A stretch of 64,000 nt of DNA from assembly GCF_963921235.1 (NCBI RefSeq), contig NC_086097.1, forward strand, positions 182,592,001 to 182,656,000, written 5' to 3'. This DNA comes from Mobula hypostoma. Taxonomy: Eukaryota. Positions 38,903 through 50,721 of the stretch are shown piece after piece (positions within the stretch are counted from its first letter, which is position 1; the number at the start of each line of letters is the position of its first letter). Both the position numbers and the translations under genes were made by a program. The notes under the pieces are model-generated. The model was not told the origin of the DNA. It saw only the letters and a list, made by a program, of their open reading frames with translations, and searched no databases.

Positions 38903-39302
38903 ACAACCACTCTGATTGGCCTGCTGAAGACCGCACGCCTCCTGCGTTTGGTGCGTGTAGCTCGTAAGCTGGACCGCTACTCGGAGTACGGGGCGGCCGT
39001 ACTGTTCCTGCTGATGTGCACCTTTGCCCTGATCGCTCATTGGCTGGCTTGTATCTGGTATGCTATCGGGAATGTGGAGCACACTTTCCTGCAGCCCAGG
39101 ATCGGCTGGCTGGACTCGCTGGGAGACCAGATTGGCAAACAGTACCTCGAGAATGACACCTCCTCAGGCCCTACCATCAAGGACAAGTACGTCACCGCAC
39201 TCTACTTCACCTTCAGTAGCTTAACCAGCGTGGGCTTCGGCAACGTCTCTCCCAACACCAACTCTGAGAAGATCTTCACCATCTGCGTCATGCTCATTGG
39301 CT
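38903..39302 (+). CDS. KCNH2: KCNH2 exon 7 (S4, S5, turret, pore helix, SVGFGN filter, start of S6)
   Basis: gtgcag|ACA...GGCT|gtaagt. Encodes [27 protein letters not shown]...[33 protein letters not shown]. Confidence 0.97.
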
Positions 39303-39699
39303 GTAAGTGGCAGGAAGTTTCTGAGCTGGGGATGAAACCAATGGAAGCAGATGCTGGAAACACCAGCTCTGGGGAGGGAAGCAGAGCAAACAGTCGAGGG
39401 CTGGGAAAGAGTGATTCACATTTATTGTTGTTGGGAGGAAGGGTGGGTAGGTTATCTGTGGTGGGGTGAGACCAATGGGAGGCCCTGAGGAGATACAGAC
39501 AAGCTCCAGGTTGATTGGCGAGGGACTAGGTAGATTCCATGTAGGTACAGGATCAGGTGGATGGGAGGTGATCCACTCTGACAGCAGTGATGGGAAGACT
39601 ATTACCTTAACCATAACAGACTGAGGAAGCAATTTGGAAGTTAGGCTTCCATTAGTGGGGGTGGGGTGGGTGTGTGGAATCTCATGGAAAGCCACAACA

Positions 39700-42080
39700 T
39701 TCTTACAGGACCATGGATGAGAGGGTGGGACCACTCAAGGATAAAGGAGTGAACATCTCTTAAAGAACATTAAGGTAAGTCCTCAGGGCCTGTTGGGATA
39801 TACCCCAGGTTACTGAGAGAGGTAAGAGATGTAATTTCTGTCCCCTCTAGTCTTGAGAGATCTTAGAGGAACGTTGTTGCATTATTCAAGGGAAATAATG
39901 ATAATTTTGGTAACTATAGAATGGTGAGCATCATTGTCAGTGGTAGGGAAGTTACTGGAGAGGATTCTTAGGGATAGGATTTATGAGCATTTGGAAAACC
40001 ATAGCCTAGTTAGCAACAGTCAGTGTGGCTTTGTGTGGGGCAAGTCATGACTTACTAACAACTGAATTTTTCAATGAGATGATGAAGGTAGAGCTGTGGA
40101 TGTCGTCCGTCCCTCTTGTTAGGCTCCTCCAGATAATTAAGATGCATGATGCCCTGACTGTATGGAGTCAGACTTGGCTGTACGGAGCCGGACTTGGTTG
40201 TACGGAGCCGGACTTGGCTGTATGGAGTCAGACTTGGCTTGTCCATAGAGGACAGAGTTCAGTGGGTGATGGGATTTGTTCTGATGGGAGCTCCGTGACT
40301 AGGGATATTCTGTAGGCATCTGTATGGGGACCTCTCCTGTTTGTGAAGATAGAAACATAGAAAGCCTACAGCACAATACAGGCCCTTCGACCCACAATGC
40401 TGTACCAAACATGTCCTTACTTTAGAAATTACCTAGGGTTACCCGTAGCCCTATATTTTTCTAAGCTTCATGTACCTATCCAGGAGTCACTTAAAAGACC
40501 CTATCGTATCCGCCTTTTCCACTGTCGCCGGCAGCCCATCCCACCACTCTCTGCATAAAAAAACTTACCCCTGACATCTCCTCTGTACCTACTTCCAAGC
40601 ACCTTAAAACTGTGCCCTCCCATGTTAGCCATTTCAGCCCTGGGAAAAAGCCTCTGACTATCCACATGATCAATGCCTCTCATCATCTTATACACCTCTA
40701 TCAGGTCACCCCTCATCTTCCGTCGCTCCAAGGAGAAAAGGCTGAGTTCACTCAACCTTTTATCTTAAGGCATGCTCCCCAATCCAGGCAACATCCTTGT
40801 AAATCTCCTCTGCACCCTTTCTCTGGTTTCCACATCCTTCCTGCAGTGAGGCGACCAGAACTGAGCACAGTACTCCAAGCGGGGTCTGAGCAAGGTCTTG
40901 TATAGCTGCAACATTACCACTTGGCTCTTAAACTCAATCCCATGATTGATGAAGGCCAATGCACCATATGTCGCCTTAACCACAGAGTCAACCTGCACAG
41001 CAGCTTTGAGTGTCCTATGGACTCGGACCCCAAAATCCCTCTGATCCTCCACACTGCCAAGAGTCTTACCATTAATACTATATTCTGCCATCATATTTGA
41101 CCTACCAAAGTGAACCACCTCGTATTTATCTGGGTTGAACTCCATCTGCCACTTCTCAGCCCAGCTTTGCATCCTATCGATGTCCCAGGTGGGTTTGTAA
41201 GTTCAGAGATGATACAAACGTGCTGTTGTGGATAGCGTAGAAGATTAGCAAAGGTTACAGCAGGAGATAGATAAGTTGCAGAAATGGCAGATAGAGTTTA
41301 ATCTGGACAAGTGTGAGGTTGCCCTTTGAGAGATCAAGTGAAAAGAGACAATACACAGTTAATGGCAAGACAACACCTTGGTATGCAGATAGATCTTGGG
41401 GTCCAAGTTCATAGGTCACTGAAAGTGTCTGCACCAGTTGACAGGATAGTAAAGAAGGCATAGAAATGTTTGCTTTATTTGTTGGGGCACAGAGTTCAAA
41501 ATTTGGGAAGGGATGTTATAGCTTTATAAAATTGCAGTTACACTGCATATCCAGTATTGCACTCAGTCCTAGTCACCCCATTATAGGAAGGATTTAGAAG
41601 GGGTGCAGAAGAGGATTATCAGGTTGTTGCATGGATTAGAGGGCATGTGCTATAAGGAGAGGCTGGACAATATTGGGTTGTTTTCTCTCGAGCTGCAGAG
41701 GCTGAGGGGAGATCCAATAGAGGTTTATAAGATTATAGGTAGGATAGATGGATAAGACAGTCAGGATCTTTTCCTCAGAGCTGAAATGTATAATGGTAGT
41801 AGGCATGCATTTAAGGGTGAGGAGGGCAAGTTCAATGTTGTGCGAAGCAAGATTTTACACGGAGTGGTGGGTGCTTGGAATGTGCTGCCAGGAATGGTGG
41901 TTCAGGTAAACGCAACAGAGACATTCAAGGTGCCTTAGACAGACACATGAGTGTGCAGGAAATAGAGGGATATGGATATTGTGTAGGCAGAAGGGAAGTT
42001 AGGATTTTAATTATGCATCAATTAAGTGCAACATTGTGGATCAAAGGGTCTGTTCCTGTGGTGTACTGATCTATGTTCTA
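39700..42080. mobile_element. Plus-strand CR1 relic with a better-preserved minus-strand CR1 3' fragment nested at about 40345-41185
   Basis: WAEKWQMEFNPDKYEVVHFGRSN...LEYCAQFWSPHCRKDVE on minus; plus-strand CR1 motifs on both sides. Confidence 0.82.
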
Positions 42081-42947
42081 ATTCACTCCCATCAGCTTTA
42101 TCAGTTTCACCTGAAGGCCTGTCTTATCTTTGTCCATAACTATCTTAAATTTTAAACAATTGTGGTCATTGTTCCCAAAATACTGTACCACTGAAACTTT
42201 GATTATCTGATCAGAGGCCAATTCCTCAATGGAGTATTTAAATTTTGTATCAGTAAGGCTTCCTGGAATTACGTAACAAATGCCTCTTGCAGTAAGAAAA
42301 TCCAAGTCAATACTGTAGAAGTTAAAAATTTCCCAGCACAACATTCCTGATTCTCCATCTCTTGCTAGCTACCGGGGGCTGGAGTATACCCCATCATACT
42401 TTCTCATCCATCAGTGGAGGAGCCCTCCAGGATATCCTCTCCAAGTGTGGCTGTGACATTCTCCCTCAGTACTAATGTAACCACCCCCCAGAAAAGTGGA
42501 AGGGTTGAATCTGAAGGAAAAATACAGGATTCCTGGCAATGTGAAGGAACAGAGGGATCTTGGTGTCCACATCCTTAGGCACCAAGTTGCCACGCAAGTT
42601 GATGGGATTGTTAAGAAAGCGTATGTGTGTTGGCCTTCATTAGTCATGAAATTAAGTTCACGAGCTGTGAGGTAATGTTCTGGTTGGATCACACTTGGAT
42701 CACTTAGCTCTACCCCCTTCCCACTCTCAGTCCACAACAGAGATTCATATCAAAATCAGAAGAATTTTGCACAGTCCAAGACTGTATGTTCCACATTCTG
42801 TTGTGTTTGAAACATCTGAATCCAGGAACTTTGACTGCTAGACCTGTCCCTTCTCACAGCCAAGTGTCTAAAGCTACAACATTGTAGTTCCATGTACTGA
42901 TCCAAGCCCGGGTTCACCGGGAGACAGCAGAGGATGCAGATGCTTGA

Positions 42948-43433
<486 letters not shown>

Positions 43434-43884
43434 TAGGGAGCGGTGAATGGTGAGATAGGGTTCCGGTGCATAACCTCTGACCTTACTGTGTCCTTGGTGA
43501 CCCCACTGACCTGATGACTTCACTGCTGATCTCCGACTTCTGAGACCCAGTGGCCTCTGCACTACTGGCTGAATGCTGAATGGCTGTAGGTGGTGTTGTA
43601 GAGTTTGCGTGTGGGAGGGTGGTCACCAGAGGAGAGGGAGAGGCTGGATGGGGTATGTAGGTGTGGTTCAATGAATGCTGGTCCTTCTCCCTCACTCTCT
43701 GTCTCACACTTCCTGCTCCCTTCCGCCTCCTTATCCACCCCACCTTCCAGCTCTTTCCTTCTCTACATCCTTCCCTCCCCATTTCTCTGAATATTGTTCT
43801 CTCTCACTCCATCCCTTCTCCATTCACCTTTCCCCTCCCAACCCCCAACTGGACTCTCCACCTCCCTTCCCCCAATCCCTCCCA

Positions 43885-44960
43885 TACAATTCCAAGCAAA
43901 CTCATCCCCAAATTCATAGACTTGAGACTCAACACCTCCCTCTGCAACTGGATCGTTGCCTTCCTGACCAACAGTCTGCAATCAGTAAGGATAAGCAGCA
44001 ATAGCTCTCCCATAAATATTCTCAGCTTGGGTGCTCCACAGATTGTGATCTCAGCCTCCCACTCTACTCCCTGTTTGATCACGACTGCGTGCCTAGACTC
44101 TGCTCTTACTCCATCCACAGTTTTGCAGGTGACACCACTCAATTAGTAGTACAGGAAGGATAGAGAGCTTGGTGACGTGGTGTCACAACACAACCTTTCC
44201 CTCAATATCAGCAAAGCCAACAAGTTGGTCATTGACTTCATCAGCTTCCTGTTCATGTCAGTGTAATTGAGATAGAGAGCTTCAACTTCCTTGGAGTAAA
44301 CATCACCTACAGCCACTATGATGGCAACATCTGCAAAATTGTGGAACGCCAATTTTTACTGGTGCACCATAGAAGCATCCTATCCGGGTGCATCAACTGC
44401 TCTGCCCGTGACAAGAAGAAACAGTAGAGAGTTGTGGACAAGCGCAGCACATCACTGAAACTAGCTTCTCTCTCTGGGGACTCTGTCTACACTTCTCACT
44501 GCATCAGCAATGCAGCCAACATAATCAGAGACCTAAACAAGAGGAATTCTGCAGATGCTGGAAATTCAAGTAACACACATCAAAGTTGCTGGTGAACGCA
44601 GCAGGCCAGGCAGCATCTCTAGGAAGAGGTACAGTCGACGTTTCAGGCCGAGACCCTTTGTCAGGACAGAGACCTGGACATTTTCACTTCTTGCACCCCC
44701 GACCCATCCCATCTCATGGGGCAGACGATACAAAAGCCTGAGATCATGAAAGTTCAAGGACGGCTTCTAATCCACTGTTATATGACGATTGAACAATTCC
44801 CCAGCACCAGAACAGTTTACCTTAAGATGTTGCACTCTATTGTCTACCCGCACTGCACTTTCTCTGTAGCTGCTACATTGTCTTTGTTTTACCTTTGTGG
44901 AGGTATTGTGTAATGATTTGATCTGTATGAACAGTATGCAGGACAAGCTTTTTATTGTAC
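43885..44960 (+). mobile_element. Rex1/Babar-type LINE fragment with an embedded Penelope-like end (about 44535-44670)
   Basis: TIPSKLIPKFIDLRLNTSLCNWIVAFLT...LSLGAPQ; embedded gcagatgctggaaattcaag...gcagcaggccaggcagcatc motif. Confidence 0.7.
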
Positions 44961-45040
44961 CTCAGTACATCCAACAATAAATCAATTTCAATTCCTTCCC
45001 CTCTCCCCCTCCCTTCTTCACCATCTCCCCCCGGTTACAG

Positions 45041-45293
45041 GTGTTGAAGGGTTTCCCTGACTGCCTCCAGGCTGACATCTGCCTCCACCTGAACCGCAGC
45101 CTCCTACAGCACTGCAAGGCATTCCATGGTGCCTCTGCTGGTTGCCTTCGGGCTCTGGCCGTCAAGTTCAGGACCACACATGCCCCACCGGGCGACACAC
45201 TGCTCCACGCTGGTGACGTCCTCACAGCCCTCTACTTCATCTCCCGCGGTTCCATTGAGATCCTGCGGGACAACCTGGTTCTGGCCATTCTCG
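45041..45293 (+). CDS. KCNH2: KCNH2 exon 9 (C-linker/CNBHD)
   Basis: ttacag|GTG...CTCG|gtaagt; 253 bp. Encodes [28 protein letters not shown]...[21 protein letters not shown]. Confidence 0.97.
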
Positions 45294-46271
45294 GTAAGTG
45301 TGGTGGTCACCCGTCGCTCTCGCTCCTGGTACTGTACCTTGATCCCATCTTCCCCTGAAACACCAGTACTGGAGGGGCTGAGGTAGGGGGAGTGTTGACA
45401 GGCTGGGACTCTATTCACTGGAGCAATGGAGGTAGAGGGGTAGAGACAGAGTGAATGCACTCAGTCATGTTCCCAGGGCTGGAGAATCAAGAACTAGAGG
45501 GCATGGGTTTAAGGTGAGAGAGGAGAAATTCAATAGGAACCTGAGGGGATCTTTTTCACCCAGAGGGTGGTGAGTTTTTGGAACGAGCTGCCAGAGGAAG
45601 TGGTTGGCGTTGGTCTATTAACATTCAAGTAGTTCTTGGACAAGTGCATGCACAGGAAAGTTTTAGCGGGCAAATGGGACTAGCTCAGATGAGAATCTTG
45701 GTCAGCGTGGACCATTTGTGCCGAAGGACCTGTTTCTTGCTGGATGACCCCATGATTCGAGGGCAGCAAACTCCCGTGTTACCACACTGCAGACACAGGG
45801 GGGTGAGGGTCTTGGGGGCTTCCTGGAGGAGGAGATTCACTCTGCCGTGAACAGGAGAGACTGGGCTCAGTGAAGCAGTGAAGGTTGGAGGAGGAACGGG
45901 GTGGATAGGGAGTTGGGGATGAAGGGATGGTGGTTGTGGGTCCAGGGGCATACAGACCGGGGTTTAGGTGAGGGGCTAACTCAATTCAGGACAGGGTATC
46001 GGCCCAGTGGAGCTGTGTGAATGGGAGGAAACGTGTGGGTGTGGTGTTGGCATCCTCGTCCTGGGCGGCACTGCTGGCGAGTTTGGGTGCTCTCGCAGAG
46101 AGTGGGTGCAATGTGCAGATGGTGCAGAGTCTACTGGGTGTCACAAAAATGGATGTTCGGTGCCGAGAGGGAGCAGCCAGGGTGAGGGAGTGCCAGGATC
46201 CCTGGTGCCGAGTTTCTGCTGGTGTTCCCACAGCCCTGCTTGCTCCCTAAGCCGGTGTCCACTACTCCTAG

Positions 46272-46465
46272 GAAAGAACGATGTGTTTGGGGAGCCCATC
46301 CACCTGTTTGCCCGCGCGGGGAAGTCGAGCGCGGACGTGAGGGCGCTGACCTACTGTGACCTGCACCGGATTCAAAGCACGGACCTTTTGGAGGTTCTGG
46401 AATCCTACCCCGAGTTCTCCAGGCACTTCTGGGCAAACCTGGAGATCACCTTCAACCTGCGAGAT
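46272..46465 (+). CDS. KCNH2: KCNH2 exon 10 (CNBHD with FNL intrinsic ligand)
   Basis: ctcctag|GA...CGAGAT|gtgagt; 194 bp. Encodes KNDVFGEP...[10 protein letters not shown]...LEITFNLRD. Confidence 0.96.
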
Positions 46466-46731
46466 GTGAGTGAAGGACGGTGGGGGGGGGGGAACAGGGT
46501 TTGGGAGGGGTGTGGTGTTGGGGGGACGGTCCCTGCTCTATGGGGGGGGAGGAGGTGCATGCAGGCATGCACAAGGGATGTGGAGTGGGTTTGGTGGGTG
46601 GGGAGGGATATGGTGGTGTGGGATGTGAGGGGTGTTGGGGTCCGTGGGACGGGACTGTATGGAGGGACTGGGATGTGTGTGGGGAAGGGGAACTTTCCCT
46701 GATCCTGCTGTCACTCCCTCTTTCCCCACAG

Positions 46732-46825
46732 ACCTCAATGACGCGGAGCTCCAGCTCGGGTCAGAAGGTGACGGTGTCTGGCTGTCCACGCAGGAGTAGG
46801 CTTCCATTCCGGACGAAGACTGAGG
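46732..46825 (+). CDS. KCNH2: KCNH2 exon 11
   Basis: ccccacag|ACC...GAGG|gtgagg; 94 bp, phase 0-1. Encodes TSMTRSSSSGQKVTVSGCPRRSRLPFRTKTE (compare hERG RKRKLSFRRRTD). Confidence 0.8.
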
Positions 46826-47899
46826 GTGAGGGACAGGGTGGAGGGCACAGGGGGAAGAACGGGATAGCCCCCAGGTGAGATCAGGATTGCCCCCAGCAAG
46901 GTTTGCTGATGTGTTGAGGAACGTTGGGGTGTTGGGTGGATGTTAATTACAGGAGGGAGTGAACACGCTGGGTCTTTGACCGTGGTTTAAGGTGAGGGGA
47001 AGATATTTCATAGAGAGTGGGGGATATATGGAACCTACTGCCAGAGCAGGCAGTGAGTTCGATCCTATGATTAAATAGACACACAAATATCCAAGGCATG
47101 GAAGAACATGGTTTGAATGCAGGCACCTGGGGCTAGTATAGATAGGCTGAAGGGACATAGTTGATCATAGTCAGAGTTATACTGCATGGAGACAGGTGAT
47201 TCGGCCCAACCTGTCCAAGCTGACCATGGTGCCTTCCTGAGCTAGTCCCATTTGCCAATGTTTGGTCGTTATCCTGCTAAACGTTCCCTATCCAAACGGC
47301 TAAGTGTCTTGTAAATGTAATTGTACCCGTGTCTACTGCTCCCCTGCAGCTCACTCCATGTAGCCACCACCCTGAGGTTGCCTCTCGGATTTACTTCAAA
47401 CCTTTCACCTCTCACCTTAAACCCATGACCCCCAGTTCTACACTTACTTACCCTGAAGAAAAGATGGTAACCATTGACTTTATCTACACCCCTCATGATT
47501 TTATAAGTCTCTAAGGTCACCGCTCAGCTTCTTTCACTCTAGGGAAAACAGTCCCAGCCTCAGTAAGGCAGCATCCATCAAAAGGATCCCCACCATCCCG
47601 GCCATGACATCGGAGAGGAGGCAGAGAAGCCCGAAATCCCACACCATAAGGTTAAGGACAGCAACTTCCCATCAACCATTCAGTTCTTGAACCAACTTCA
47701 CATTGTCTCAGCAATTGCCCACAACCACCTCTTGCACTAGCACGGATTTGTCTCTGCATAATGCCCTGTTTTGCACAGTCTTTTATCTTCACTGTCTGGT
47801 ATAATTTATGTATAATTTATGTTCTGTGTGTTGTCTGTACCTAGGTGCCTGTGATGCTGCTGTGAGCGAGCTTTTACTGTACCTCACCGTACTCAACTG

Positions 47900-48690
47900 G
47901 ACTTGACTAGTCAGCCTTTCCCGTCCAACTCCTGGCCAAGTGCCTTTCAAACATTATAACTGTGTCTGCTTCCATCACCTCCTCTGACAGTGTGCTGCAG
48001 ATATTCACCACCTGCATGGAAAAACTTAACCCTCAAATCTCTTTTAAATTTCTCCCCTCTCAACTTAAACCTGTACCCTCTAGTTTGAAACTCGCCTGTC
48101 CTGGGAAAGAAACTGTGACAATCTGCTCAAACAATACCTCTCAATTTTATAAACCACTGTAAGGTGACCCCTCAGCCTTCTCTGTACGGGTGAGAATAAA
48201 CCCAAACTATCCAATCTCGAATAACTACAGCCATCCATTCCAGATAATGTTCCCGTGAATCTCTTTTGCACTCTTTCTATTGCTGCCACATCCAGACTGC
48301 AGTGCGTAGACCAGAACTGTACACAATACTCCAAGTGTGGTCCAGTTAATGTTTTGTACAACTGCAACAGTGCTGTAGAACATGAAGGCAATTGTACCAA
48401 ATGCCTTCTTCACCACCCTGCCTACTTGTCACCACTTTCAATGAGCTGTGTACTTATACTCAAAGGTCCCTCCATTCATCCAGTTCTTTGTGTCTCTGCT
48501 ATTTACTCTCTATGTCCTTACAGACTCTGACCTCCCAAAGTTCATCACCTTACACATGTTCACATTAAATTCCATTTATCCCTGTCCCACCAAGCTCTTT
48601 TAACTGATTCAAGTCCCACTGTATCATTAAACACCCTTCTTCAGTATCTATAACTTCACCAATTCCCATACGTCACCAACTTACTGCTTA
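47900..48690 (-). mobile_element. CR1 LINE 3' fragment
   Basis: LYKTLTGPHLEYCVQFWSTHCSLDVAAIERVQKRF. Confidence 0.83.
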
Positions 48691-48904
48691 TGCTCATCAA
48701 CCCCACCCCCCAATCTCTCATCAGAATCATTTACACAAAATTACAAGCCGCAAAGGTCCCGGCCCTGACCTGTCCTGCAGGGCTGATCCTGGTGCGACTT
48801 GACACCCTTGTGGTAAGAATATTGATGTTGCAGTAATGTCCAAGGCCACTGTCACCCACTGACCACTGCACCCACTGTTAACTAACGTGTGCTTTGTGCT
48901 TCAG

Positions 48905-49150
48905 GCGCTGACCAGCCGGACAGGGGCCGAATGTGGAGTGACACTCTCCCAGGAGTCATGTGTGGAGTGGGCAGAGAGAAGAGGCACAATACCTCGCCCT
49001 CTCACTCCCTGCAGAGAGACCGGGAGCACACGGCCCCCTTCCCCAGGGTCATTGAGCTCTCTCCACTCAAGTGTTCCACCACGCAAAGCGACTTCCTCAT
49101 CATCCAGGGAAGTGAGTCGCAGAGAGAAAGTGGCCATACCGGCAGCACAG
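48905..49150 (+). CDS. KCNH2: KCNH2 exon 12 (divergent; 3' end at 49150 or 49111)
   Basis: gcttcag|GC, open in the phase-1 frame (ADQPDRGRMWSD...GHTGST). It is unique sequence between exons 11 and 13, and both candidate donors are phase 1. Sequence similarity to hERG is weak. Confidence 0.65.
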
Positions 49151-49622
49151 GTGGGGAGATCTGACACAGAAAGGGGTGCTGACACTGACCGCTGTCACAC
49201 TGCAGCTCGGGCATGGTGTGCTCTGCACAAGGGGAGTTGGGGTGAAGCCCCAGGGAGATGGGGAGGCTGGGGGTCTCTTTGACAGCAGGATCAGAGGGTT
49301 CAATGACGGTGTCTACGACAATGAGGACCTGACACCAGCTGATGTCAGGCAAGGTCTGGCTTTTCCATTCTTACCCTGAAGGTCTTGCTCCCTCTACTCT
49401 GGGGCTGCACTGGGTTCCCTCGCATGTGAAGAGCCCACGTTGGCCAACCCTGACCGGCATCGTAGGTATTAGCAGTTAGAACTGTGGCCACGGTGAGGAT
49501 CATCCCTCAGACTGATATCCTCAGTGCGTCAGGCTTATTGCCTCTCCCGTGGAATGATGGATCTCCCTTTTCGTGTGTCCAATCTCTCCTCCAGAGTGAC
49601 GATGTCCCCTTGTGTCTCATAG

Positions 49623-49800
49623 GACCTTTCTCCAACATCTTCAGTTTCTGGGCTGGACCAACTCCCCACCTGCTGCAGGACATCTGCTCCCGACCAGCGG
49701 TCACTCCTCATTCAGGCCCCCGGTCAGTGTCCACTCCCAACCGGACCCAGTGGGCCAACATTAACCGCAGGCTCCAGCTCCTGCAGGAGCAGCTAACCAG
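49623..49800 (+). CDS. KCNH2: KCNH2 exon 13
   Basis: ctcatag|GA...ACCAG|gtaatg; phase 1-2. SNIFSFW motif as in hERG and coiled-coil start INRRLQLLQEQLTR. Confidence 0.9.
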
Positions 49801-50561
49801 GTAATGATTCCTCACCCCATTCTGACTTCTGACCCCTCACCATGGACTGACCCCTCAGCCAAGATTATTCTTAATACTGGTGACGCAAAGGTTGTGTCCT
49901 CAGCCTCCTACTCGAGCCTCTTTATACTGATAACTGCAGGGCCAGATTCCACTCTAACTGCTTCTACATGTTTGTAGATGAAATCAACACAGTGGGTCAC
50001 ATCTCAAATAACAATGAATTGGAGTTACAGGAAGGAGATAGAAAGGTTAACAGCATGGTGTCATGACAACAACCTTTCCCTCAAGGTAGCAAAACAATAG
50101 AGCTTGTCAATAGCGAACAAGAAAGCTTGCCAATGGCTAAAGAAATTTAGCATACCCCCCTCAACCTTTTGTCAATTTTTATCAAAGCACCAACTGCTTG
50201 GCACGTAATTACAAGAAAGTGTACAGAGTCGTGGAAGAAGGTCTGCAAGTCATGCAACCAGTCTTCCCTCCATAGACTCCCATTGGGTAGAAGATACAAA
50301 AGCCTGAATATACATCACCTGTGACCCAGGCCTCAGTAAAGCCGACAGCACAATCAGAGTCCCCACTGACCCCAGACATTCTGTTTTCTCCCCACTCCCA
50401 CCAGGCAGAAGATACAAAAGTCTGAATATACATTACCTCTTCTCTAGGTCTGCCCTATGACCCAGGACTGAATCCTGGCCATATACTGAGTCCTAACTTC
50501 TCCCTGCAGGATGGACCTCTGCCCTCTGACCCTGTTTAACCTCCTCTCTTCCTGCCTCCAG

Positions 50562-50721
50562 ACTAGAGTCCCAGGTCATGGCTGATATCTCCACCATTCT
50601 GCAGTTGCTGCAGAGACCCCTGGTCCTGACCCCTCCAGCCTACAGCCCTGTGTCGACTGGCTGCCCACAGCCACCCGATGGGTGTCAGGACTCACCGACA
50701 GCTGCAGTGTCACTCATTCAG
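50562..50721 (+). CDS. KCNH2: KCNH2 exon 14 (coiled coil)
   Basis: cctccag|A...ATTCAG|gtgggt; phase 2-0. Encodes LESQVMADISTILQLLQRPLVLTPPAYSPV (compare hERG [26 protein letters not shown]). Not in the ORF track. Confidence 0.9.

Noticed and set aside
38903..39120. Assignment to KCNH6/KCNH7 based on TTTLIGLLK and WLDSLG
   Set aside because: These are probably ancestral states. The 1b exon, SNIFSFW, the S(D/N)PGS terminus and AOC1 adjacency all favour KCNH2.
45294..45358. Read-through of exon 9 as a hERG-USO-like truncated isoform
   Set aside because: Only about 21 extra codons with no recognisable similarity, and no poly(A) signal noticed in intron 9.
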